In this document: one piece after another, positions 9,501 through 16,229 of the stretch | How positions within the stretch are numbered: position 1 is the stretch's first letter | How the letters are laid out: each line of letters begins with the position of its first letter | NCBI GenBank assembly: GCA_944388805.1 | Contig: CALXKE010000009.1 | Location: forward strand, 2,734-66,733 | Source: an uncultured Clostridia bacterium | GTDB taxonomy: Bacteria; Bacillota; Clostridia; TANB77; CAG-508 | Reading direction: 5' to 3' | DNA length: 64,000 nucleotides | Made by a program: the position numbers and the translations under genes | The notes under the pieces: generated by a model | Database searches by the model: none | What the model was told of the DNA's origin: nothing | What the model saw: only the letters and a program-made list of their open reading frames with translations

Positions 9501-10928
9501 TGGCTTTGAAGAACCTGCTATGATTACATAGATACCACATTTTTGTCCATATGTAATGATATTTTTTAAATAAGATAAGGTTTGCTCATCCATACCATTT
9601 GGAAAATCAAATATTGTAAGTACTTCGATTTTATAATGATAATCTTGATTGTCTTTTTTATATTCAAAAATATCTTTATATTCTGTTCCTAATATTTCTT
9701 GAGAAATATAGTCTACTTTTTCGTTAAGTGCATAGATTTTTTGAATAGCATCTTCCTGACTTACCAAAAATTTTCCATCAAAAAGTTCTGGCATTTTCTT
9801 TTTAGCATCGAAATATGTAGAAACACTATTACCATGATTTTCTATATCAATAATACTAAAAGTTAAGTTTGTTACGTGAATAGATGATAAATATGAAAAC
9901 ATAATTCCTTGTACCATATGGTTTAATGCCATTTTTCCATCTTCATTTTTTTCTATAAATATATCAAAAGGCTCTCCAACTGATGAAATTAATGGAAATC
10001 TTATTTTTTCATCTACAATTATATTTTTGCACCTTTCTGTCATAAAAGAAATTAACGTATTAGATTCTACAAATTCTTTTATATGAAAATCTATATATCC
10101 AGTATACAAAATATTATTTTTAACCCCTTCTAATGTATTTACTTTTGTATATGTTTTTTTATTTTCTTCTATGATATTAGCCATCATATTTATCAAGTCT
10201 GTTGGTAACAATTCATTAAATCTTTTTTCTAATTCTTGTGCAATAGCATATAATGTATCATTATATTTTTTTCTATTTTTTTCTTTAAATTCATTTTGTG
10301 ATTCTATCATTTCTTGTTTTTGTGAATTATGTGTATCTTTCATTTCGGTCATAGTTTCTTCTTCAACAGAATTTAACTCTTTTTCGATTTCTTCTACAAA
10401 ACTTTTTACTGTATTTTCAAGAATGATTAGTTCTTCATAATCTTTTTTTCTTTTTGATGAAAAGATATAGTTTAATCCATTTAAAACAGATGGTAATATA
10501 TCTGTTGAATATTTTTGACTAATTGTTGAAAATTGTTCTTTTATATTTTTTAATATTTCAAAATAGTCCATATCTTTTGCAAATTTATCACTTTTTTTGT
10601 TGGCTAATTCTTCCAATTTTTTCTTTTTTGTTTTTGCGTAATATTTATCAATAGATGACAATTTTTCTTCCATATCTACTATTTGTTTTTGGATTTTATT
10701 TGCTTCTTCAATCATTGATTTAGCATTTCTTTGTAAAGAGTCTATTGCATTTTGACAATCATTTTCAAATTTTTTGTTTTGCGCATTATACTCTGAAAGA
10801 ATTTGATCCATTTTAGACTTATAATCTTTTTGTGCTTTTATAATTTTTTCATCTATCTCTCCTAATAATGCTATTAGCTCATTAATTATATAAATTACTT
10901 TTTTATATGAAATTGGTTTTATTTCCAT
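6549..10928 (-). CDS. FtsK/SpoIIIE-family multi-domain ATPase (EssC/EccC-like, soluble)
   Basis: 1459 aa with a single canonical Walker A (VAGATGSGKSTLLHTL) and Walker B (ILVIMDEFQILF). Two upstream tandem modules and one downstream module have degenerate motifs. The N-terminal ~230 aa look like coiled coil, and no TM segment is visible. Confidence 0.85.
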   Translation of the reverse strand: MEIKPISYKKVIYIINELIALLGEIDEKIIKAQKDYKSKMDQILSEYNAQNKKFENDCQNAIDSLQRNAKSMIEEANKIQKQIVDMEEKLSSIDKYYAKTKKKKLEELANKKSDKFAKDMDYFEILKNIKEQFSTISQKYSTDILPSVLNGLNYIFSSKRKKDYEELIILENTVKSFVEEIEKELNSVEEETMTEMKDTHNSQKQEMIESQNEFKEKNRKKYNDTLYAIAQELEKRFNELLPTDLINMMANIIEENKKTYTKVNTLEGVKNNILYTGYIDFHIKEFVESNTLISFMTERCKNIIVDEKIRFPLISSVGEPFDIFIEKNEDGKMALNHMVQGIMFSYLSSIHVTNLTFSIIDIENHGNSVSTYFDAKKKMPELFDGKFLVSQEDAIQKIYALNEKVDYISQEILGTEYKDIFEYKKDNQDYHYKIEVLTIFDFPNGMDEQTLSYLKNIITYGQKCGIYVIIAGSSKPDEKRTSKELINSIQTIKSHCVYIQQTTNGFEYATMPYISFEMINKIEFNNFFSKYILISEGIRNKGIALPKDIRNLMDSKEEETLENNIENIKEIIAEYNERFGIAPEENASYLSKIPIGMIQYPNDLFVDCYGYERIQKEFRNENGKITLPLFMDLGNSCNFLANYSEETRRKMLDFSGHIIWSLLSMFPVSKIKFSIIDCEQKGSSIQQFLDFKKECPEVFEEQIYTNKENITKFLEKLNQKIDDVIQNKLGNKYANILEYNKNNPTRMETCNMIAIYDFPSGFEEKSIELLQNILKNGGKCGIYALIAHNKDIKYNSYGRDIDIDERMEKYCSRIEITNKNYLIEPFSLPVSIKEPIEYSKINEFIKKYKELNVKIKSKGFSFEDILDKELFTRNTNAELSIPIGIGDAETIIPIVFGKGSSHHALVAGATGSGKSTLLHTLIMSSMLHYTPDQLNLYLMDFKGGTEFKIYDSYRLPHIKLLALDAMQEFGESILEDLVAEIERRSEKFKSVNASKLSEYISLSGKSMPKILVIMDEFQILFNDASNRKIAKHCAELTKRIVTEGRSYGIHLLMATQSTKIISELSLDSGTIEQMRIRIGLKCGEFDARYLFTDRNENKALEMMKGPIGTAVLNEEYTEQNNIGLRVAYCDDETQKKYLELISEKFADFEYNMQSFEGNKTTDLLSVLPEKITNELPISIQIGSLIKVAPPLNAIFDKKRKHNTLICGANEKMYENLTNLYTLGLLLNENVKILCIDGDVILDSEIPEKSYYTEFLKFGNRFEIAMNRGDIIRFIRKAYDFYLDSKKNMTNEQLVVFIKNFQYVDLIKNMLKGDKINESDYLEEETNHEDKEEKPMDAASFFGFGSSSSSSEENVSGKLMKLIDDGSSYGINFIITSLEFQSVKECMYYGQNTLPKFPERYVFSLNDTEANNLIDEVSLKSLKDNTVYYTDSLKNTFQVKPYIFPKKTELTEFLDKLKKE

Positions 10929-10949
10929 TTTTTATTCCTTTCTGTTTTA

Positions 10950-12104
10950 CTACTTATCTTCTAATTCATATCTACATATACCTTTTTCTTTACATTCTTT
11001 TTTGCTAAATCCTACGACTAATGATGTTGTTATTTGTAAAGGATAACTAAATATTTCTAGCATTTCTCCTCCAATTTCAGGATTATTCGTATTACAAACA
11101 ATCGTATATTGTTTTAGATGATTTAATAGTCTTGGTATATATTCTTTATTATTGCTATTTAAAATGTCTATAATAAGTTTAATTCCAATTGTTGTTATGA
11201 AATTGATATCTACAGAAATTCCTGGTTCAAATTTCACAGCCTCTATATCTTCTTTATTGGAATATACATGATGATTTGCTTGAACACGTGAGGACATATT
11301 GGTTCCACTTCCTAAAGCACATTCATAACATGGCATTCCTTTATTCGGTATATGATAAAAAATTTCTCCTGCACATGCCCTCTCCCAAAATCCAAGAGAA
11401 ATGAAATATGATGAATAATATATACTAATTCTATTAGCATATACATCTGCTGCTCTATTATCTGCACAGCCTACAAATATTGTCTCCTCTGGTTTGCAGA
11501 ATTTATCTAAGATACCTTTAGGTAAATTTTCTACTACACCTTCATATTTTTCAATATGTACACTTGGATTTATATTTTTTAATTTTCGTGTTAAGGCATT
11601 TATCTTTAAATCTCCAACATCTTCAATACCACATTGATGTCTACAAATATTATGATATTCCATAATATCTGGATCTACTAATAGAAAATTCCCCACACCT
11701 GATCTTGCAAGTTCCATTGCCACTAAACTTCCTACAGATCCACATCCTAATATAACTGCACGTTTTTTAGACATGATATCTGTTTCTAATATTCCTTTAT
11801 TTCTAGAAAAGATATTTTGATACAAACTATATTCTTCTACTTTTAGTTTTTTACCTTCGCTATAGAACTCTATACTATCATTTGTATAGATAGCACAAAA
11901 TTCATCATTATTTGGCTTACTTCCTTCTGGTAATATATCACATAAAAAATCTCCTTTGTCTTGTAATTCTGTTGGAAATACATTGTATATATTTGTATCT
12001 TCAAAAAATTTTCCATATATTTTATTTGTTGTTCTATCTTTTAGTTGTTTATCTGCAATAAATACTATTTTTTCAATTTCATCGCCAAAAAAATTTTCCT
12101 TCAT
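10950..12104 (-). CDS. ThiF/MoeB/E1-like adenylyltransferase
   Basis: 384 aa with a Rossmann nucleotide loop (AVILGCGSVGSLVAMELARSG), LLVDPD, CRHQ and a CYEC zinc-type motif. An N-terminal extension of about 110 aa is unassigned. The start overlaps the JAB gene stop by 4 nt. Confidence 0.85.
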   Translation of the reverse strand: MKENFFGDEIEKIVFIADKQLKDRTTNKIYGKFFEDTNIYNVFPTELQDKGDFLCDILPEGSKPNNDEFCAIYTNDSIEFYSEGKKLKVEEYSLYQNIFSRNKGILETDIMSKKRAVILGCGSVGSLVAMELARSGVGNFLLVDPDIMEYHNICRHQCGIEDVGDLKINALTRKLKNINPSVHIEKYEGVVENLPKGILDKFCKPEETIFVGCADNRAADVYANRISIYYSSYFISLGFWERACAGEIFYHIPNKGMPCYECALGSGTNMSSRVQANHHVYSNKEDIEAVKFEPGISVDINFITTIGIKLIIDILNSNNKEYIPRLLNHLKQYTIVCNTNNPEIGGEMLEIFSYPLQITTSLVVGFSKKECKEKGICRYELEDK

Positions 12105-12682
12105 AAACTTCCTCCCATATTTTTCTCTTGATTCATTTTCAATAATTCTTCTATGATTTCATCTTTATGTAAGGTACTATACATTTTATCTTTTAATCTT
12201 TCTGGAGATTTTAATTTTAAGTATTCTGGAGGAATAAGTTCATCCCCTACTTCATAGCTTATCCTTTTATATTTACATGGTTGGTCAACATGATACATGG
12301 TAAATCTAAAATCTGGGTCAAGGTTTACTAGTCCTGAAATAGCTCCTTCTTTCCTTATTTTTGCAAATTTTGTGTTTGTACCATCATCTGTATCAGAGAA
12401 GATATCAAAAGAACCAGGATGTCTATGCCATAATCCTATAAGCCCTAATGGTTTATCATATAATTTTGCTATTTTATTGATTAGATGTTCTGTATATTTT
12501 TGATCATATTCAAAATATGTAACTGTAAAAATTGAATTGGGACCTGGATCAATTGTTTCTATAATATACCACTTGTCATCTACTACCGTTCCAAGAAATA
12601 ATCCTCCTGTTTCCGTTTTTATTTTTTCTAGTGTTTCTGTCATAACTGCTGTATATGCTCTATTTGAAAAAATTACTTGCAT
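12101..12682 (-). CDS. JAB/MPN (JAMM) metallopeptidase
   Basis: 193 aa with a conserved Glu (KTETGGLFLG) and a complete JAMM motif H-x-H-x7-S-x2-D (WHRHPGSFDIFSDTD). Confidence 0.85.
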   Translation of the reverse strand: MQVIFSNRAYTAVMTETLEKIKTETGGLFLGTVVDDKWYIIETIDPGPNSIFTVTYFEYDQKYTEHLINKIAKLYDKPLGLIGLWHRHPGSFDIFSDTDDGTNTKFAKIRKEGAISGLVNLDPDFRFTMYHVDQPCKYKRISYEVGDELIPPEYLKLKSPERLKDKMYSTLHKDEIIEELLKMNQEKNMGGSL

Positions 12683-12743
12683 TATTAACCTCCTAAAAAT
12701 ATAAGTGTTTACCTTATGCTATTGGGTAAACACTTAATAAAAT

Positions 12744-13259
12744 TTAATAATTGCCTTCTAAAGCAACATCATCACTTATTTCACCATTCAACCACATTTC
12801 ACATAATACAATCCATTTACATGCCCAGCTTAATGCTGAAGCTGCAGATGTTGATCTATTTTGTCCTGCTTTAAAATATTTAGGATCTGCTGTACAAATA
12901 AAATATTCCTCGTTTCTTCCAAAATTGTCTCTATATATGTGTGGTAGTCCTAATCCTAGTCCTTTTTCTGGTCTAATTGGTAATTTACTTGCAATATCTT
13001 TTAATCTTGGAGATACTGGAAGAATTTGTATAGAACCTCCGAATTCACCTTCTGCAGTATATGGATGATTATTTTTATATATTAACATTAAATCCCATTC
13101 CATACCATTAGGTCCTGAAGGTCTAACTTTTCCTCTCCAATATAATCTTCCTGTTCCATCTTGTAATTGACCTATTTTAAAAGATGGAAAAAATTTTCTC
13201 ATGGCAGTTACTTCTGCTTTATATAATTCTGGATCTCTTTCATACCAATAAAATCCCAT
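12744..13259 (-). CDS. E2/UBC-like protein (prokaryotic E2 family)
   Basis: 171 aa with a UBC-like pattern: LYWRGKVRP..WDLMLIYKNNHPY..ILPVSP..LPHIY..EEYFICTA (candidate catalytic Cys). It sits between the small protein and the JAB/E1 genes. Confidence 0.6.
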   Translation of the reverse strand: MGFYWYERDPELYKAEVTAMRKFFPSFKIGQLQDGTGRLYWRGKVRPSGPNGMEWDLMLIYKNNHPYTAEGEFGGSIQILPVSPRLKDIASKLPIRPEKGLGLGLPHIYRDNFGRNEEYFICTADPKYFKAGQNRSTSAASALSWACKWIVLCEMWLNGEISDDVALEGNY

Positions 13260-13278
13260 TTCTATTTCCCCCTTTATT

Positions 13279-13449
13279 TTATGCTAATTTTCCCTCTGGA
13301 ACAGATATTGCTGGTGTATCTTCTCCTTCTGCTTCTTCTTTGAATTCTACTTCTCCTGTTGGAGTTACAACTACTTCACCGTTTGTTCTTAATGCTTCTG
13401 CTAATGCTCTACGACGTTGAACAATTGCATCATTGTTATTTTCTTCCAT
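13279..13449 (-). CDS. 56-aa acidic small protein (candidate modifier or adaptor)
   Basis: AGGAGGG lies 6 nt upstream of the ATG at 13449. The longer 83-aa ORF would overlap the upstream gene. Sequence: MEENNNDAIVQRRRALAEALRTNGEVVVTPTGEVEFKEEAEGEDTPAISVPEGKLA. Confidence 0.5.
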   Translation of the reverse strand: MEENNNDAIVQRRRALAEALRTNGEVVVTPTGEVEFKEEAEGEDTPAISVPEGKLA

Positions 13450-13471
13450 GTTCATCCCTCCTATATATATT

Positions 13472-14407
13472 CTATTCTGTAACAAATGTTCTAATAATTT
13501 CTCCATTTTCGGCAATTCTTGTTGTAGCAACTCTTAGCATTTCGTCAGCTACTTCTTCACCTTTTTCTACAAGAAGTTTAGCGTATGAGTTATTGTATAA
13601 CTCTCCACCTTCTTGCATAAGTTTTGCTATATCTTCATGTGGTTTTCTAGCTCTTACATCCATATATGTCATAAAGTCTTGCAATTCTTTTAATGCTTCT
13701 TTATCACTGTTTATTGCTTTATTGGCTTTTACTAAATAAATTGTATATCTGGTTAATTTTATAGAAGTTCTAATAATACATTGTACTGCAACAATTAAGA
13801 ATTTTACGACACCTACCAAAAATTGTATAATTCCTGAAAGAATAGAACCACCGGCAGCAGCTTCTACAATTCCTGATATAGCATCTCCAAGAGCTGAGAA
13901 TATTGGTTTTAGTGCAACAAGAAGAGATCCTCCAATGGCTGCAAAAATAATAACTGTAATAATACTGCCCCCACTAGCTCCAATTGCACCACCAATTATA
14001 ACACCTATTAATGTTATAATATATTGAATCATAACTTTATTTCTATTTTTACTTAATTCTTTTTTATCATCATCAAATAATGCTTTACAACAATCAAAAC
14101 ATAAATATTTTCCTGCATATTCCCCACCACTTACAGAACAGGTTTCTGCACATTCTTTACATATATTTTCACCACATCTTGCACATTGTGCTACCGCTGG
14201 ATGATTTGGATGGTTTTTACATGCTGGACCATCAAATTTTGTTTCTCCTGTTGGTGCTGTAAAAGTTGGTATATCATCTTCTGGTGGTGTGAATGTTGGT
14301 ATCTCATCCTCCTTAGGTGGTGTAAATGTTGGTATTTCTTCATTTTCTTTAATATTTTCTTTTACATTAGTTTCTTCTTTTTCATTAACATCTTCTTTTA
14401 TTTCCAT
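13472..14407 (-). CDS. B-box/zinc-ribbon membrane protein with glycine-zipper TM region
   Basis: 311 aa. The acidic N-terminus has three IPTFT(P/A)P repeats. A Cys/His cluster follows (CKNHPNHPAVAQCARCGENICKECAETC...CFDCC), then about 100 aa of G-rich hydrophobic segments (GGAIGASGG, AAIGGS, AAAGGS) and a soluble C-terminal domain. Confidence 0.65.
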   Translation of the reverse strand: MEIKEDVNEKEETNVKENIKENEEIPTFTPPKEDEIPTFTPPEDDIPTFTAPTGETKFDGPACKNHPNHPAVAQCARCGENICKECAETCSVSGGEYAGKYLCFDCCKALFDDDKKELSKNRNKVMIQYIITLIGVIIGGAIGASGGSIITVIIFAAIGGSLLVALKPIFSALGDAISGIVEAAAGGSILSGIIQFLVGVVKFLIVAVQCIIRTSIKLTRYTIYLVKANKAINSDKEALKELQDFMTYMDVRARKPHEDIAKLMQEGGELYNNSYAKLLVEKGEEVADEMLRVATTRIAENGEIIRTFVTE

Positions 14408-14424
14408 TTGCTAATATCCCCCTT

Positions 14425-14694
14425 TTAAAATTCAATATTACTATTGTATTTTTCTACAATACCTTTTAAATGTTCTATTTTGTCACGTGCTTTACATAAT
14501 GATGGCATAGGTTCTAAAAGTTTTTTACTTAATGTTGATAATGCTTTATTAAAATCTGTTCCTTTATCATCAGACCAGTCTATACTATTTGCAAAACTTG
14601 TAATCTTTGAATTTAATGCAAATGCTTTTCTAGCTTCATCATTTATAGCTTGTATTGCTTGTTCTAAACTTTCTATTGAAGTATTTACTCCCAT
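14425..14694 (-). CDS. WXG100-like helical-hairpin protein (W-x-D variant), paralog 3
   Basis: 89 aa, predicted helix-turn-helix hairpin with the central motif SIDWSDDKGTDFNKAL. Confidence 0.5.
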   Translation of the reverse strand: MGVNTSIESLEQAIQAINDEARKAFALNSKITSFANSIDWSDDKGTDFNKALSTLSKKLLEPMPSLCKARDKIEHLKGIVEKYNSNIEF

Positions 14695-14744
14695 TTTATT
14701 TCCTCCTTCGGTTTTTAATTTAATATTTTATTTATGATTGCATT

Positions 14745-15020
14745 TTAAACAATTGGTGTATCATAATCACGTACATACTCTTTTACTTTTTCTAGACCTA
14801 TACGTAATCTTCCCACTTCATTAAATGAGTTATCTAATGTATCAATGCTTTCATCAACAGATTTTTTTACACTCTTAAACTGTTCATCATTCCAGCCTCC
14901 ACTTATCTCATTAAAATTCACATCTACAGCTCGTATAAGTGACAATAACTCATCTAAAACTTCATCACACAACTCTATTGCCTTATCTACTGTTTCTTCA
15001 GTTATCTGCATTTTTGCCAT
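14745..15020 (-). CDS. WXG100-like helical-hairpin protein (W-x-D variant), paralog 2
   Basis: 91 aa with the central motif SGGWNDEQFKSV. Its size and mid-protein Trp turn are like Esx/WXG100 proteins. Confidence 0.5.
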   Translation of the reverse strand: MAKMQITEETVDKAIELCDEVLDELLSLIRAVDVNFNEISGGWNDEQFKSVKKSVDESIDTLDNSFNEVGRLRIGLEKVKEYVRDYDTPIV

Positions 15021-15069
15021 AATTCTCTCCCCTTTCTAAAAAATGATATATTTAATATAAACTTAATAG

Positions 15070-15807
15070 CTATGCATTTAAATATTCTTGTATATATGTC
15101 ATACATTGATTTACACCTGATAATGTATCTGAACTGCTGTCTATTACTTTTTGTTTAAAATTTTTAGAAACTTCTAACAATCTATTCAGACTCTCTTCCA
15201 GCTTTTCTCCTGCTTTTTTTAATGCTTCTAATTTGTCTTTCATTTTATTTAGTTCATTTTTTTCATCTTCTAATTGACTGCTTTTTTGTGCTAATACATT
15301 TTGTAATTCATCTACTTGACTTTTTTGTTGATTTATTGTTGTATTTATTTGCTTTTTTTCAACTTCCAATTGATTGTTCTCTGATTGTTTTTGAGATAAT
15401 TGATAACTTACTTGCGTTATTTGTTGCTGTATATTCGCTTTCTCATTTTCATCCTCTGCATTACTCAATCTACTTTGTAAAATAGACATAGAAGTTGATA
15501 AATTTGAAATTTCATTATTGTTTGTGGCAATTTGATTGTCCATGTTGTTTATTTGTGTATTCAAATGATTCATTTCATTTTCAATATGCATGATATCTGA
15601 TGTTGTTTGATTTACTTCACTCGTTAGTTGTTTTACTTTATCCTCACTTTGCGTTACCAGTTCTTGCTGTTTATTAATGATTTCTTTGCACTCATCTTGT
15701 AGTTGTTCTATATGTTTTTTTTGATTATCTGCTATTTTTTCAACATCATTTCTAAAATTTAATAATGCTTCTTTTACAATTTCTAATCCCTTTTCACTTA
15801 CTTCCAT
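15070..15807 (-). CDS. Coiled-coil protein (Q/N/E-rich)
   Basis: 245 aa, almost entirely heptad-like and helical (NQ..LQ..L repeats). No TM segment or enzymatic motif is visible. Confidence 0.6.
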   Translation of the reverse strand: MEVSEKGLEIVKEALLNFRNDVEKIADNQKKHIEQLQDECKEIINKQQELVTQSEDKVKQLTSEVNQTTSDIMHIENEMNHLNTQINNMDNQIATNNNEISNLSTSMSILQSRLSNAEDENEKANIQQQITQVSYQLSQKQSENNQLEVEKKQINTTINQQKSQVDELQNVLAQKSSQLEDEKNELNKMKDKLEALKKAGEKLEESLNRLLEVSKNFKQKVIDSSSDTLSGVNQCMTYIQEYLNA

Positions 15808-15820
15808 TTGTTTCCCCTAT

Positions 15821-16045
15821 CTATTGTTCATTATATGATTCAAAATTTTTTATATTTTTACTGCACTCTTCTCCTGCATCTATTAATTCTCTTGTACTTC
15901 CAGCAATTTGTTGTATTGCTTTTGTTAATTCTTGAAATTTTTCATCTCTCCATTCAATTCCAGCTCTATTGATTTCATTTCCCAAATTTTGTGTACTTTT
16001 TTTAAACTCTTCTATATCTTGTAATACATGCTTAGAATTTTCCAT
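15821..16045 (-). CDS. WXG100-like helical-hairpin protein (W-x-D variant), paralog 1
   Basis: The ATG at 16045 lies 12 nt after AAGAGGG. The ORF-track start at 16057 is a TTG abutting the RBS. About 74 aa with the central motif AGIEWRDEKFQEL. First gene of the operon. Confidence 0.5.
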   Translation of the reverse strand: MENSKHVLQDIEEFKKSTQNLGNEINRAGIEWRDEKFQELTKAIQQIAGSTRELIDAGEECSKNIKNFESYNEQ

Positions 16046-16081
16046 TACTTCTTTCAACCCTCTTTTAAATTAATACGTATA

Positions 16082-16110
16082 AAGTATATCATAAAATTCT
16101 AAAATTGTAT
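16082..16110 (-). promoter_or_regulatory. Putative sigma-A promoter of the E1/E2/JAB-ATPase operon
   Basis: On the minus strand: TATACA, a 17-nt spacer, then TGaTATACT (extended -10). It lies about 35 nt upstream of the first gene. AT-rich context, so this is tentative. Confidence 0.35.
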
Positions 16111-16181
16111 ATATTTTTACATTTTTTTCATTTTTCTTTATTTTTTTATCGAAATATTATAAAAAGAACTCATCAGAAATA

Positions 16182-16221
16182 GTAGAGTGGCAGATGTTGT
16201 TCTTTCATCTGCCACTTTCTA
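16182..16221 (-). terminator. Terminator hairpin downstream of the PBP gene
   Basis: agtggcagatg / catctgccact 11-bp stem directly after the PBP stop, followed on the minus strand by a U-containing tail. It insulates the downstream operon. Confidence 0.55.
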
Positions 16222-16229
16222 CTTCATTA

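Noticed and set aside
10950-12104. Biosynthetic ThiF/MoeB (thiamine or molybdopterin)
   Set aside because: There are no thiS/thiG/moaD/moaE neighbours. The gene is translationally coupled to a JAB peptidase and adjacent to an E2-like gene.
10950-13259. Type II CBASS (Cap2/Cap3) or a standard Bil locus
   Set aside because: The operon has no CD-NTase-like gene or cyclic-nucleotide effector. E1 and E2 are separate proteins. No recognisable ~80-100-aa beta-grasp Ubl gene is present.
6549-16045. Canonical Firmicute type VII secretion (Ess/Yuk) locus
   Set aside because: The FtsK-like ATPase has no TM or FHA region. No EssA/EssB/EsaA/YukD-like genes are present. The small proteins carry W-x-D rather than W-x-G. 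The resemblance is kept only as an analogy.
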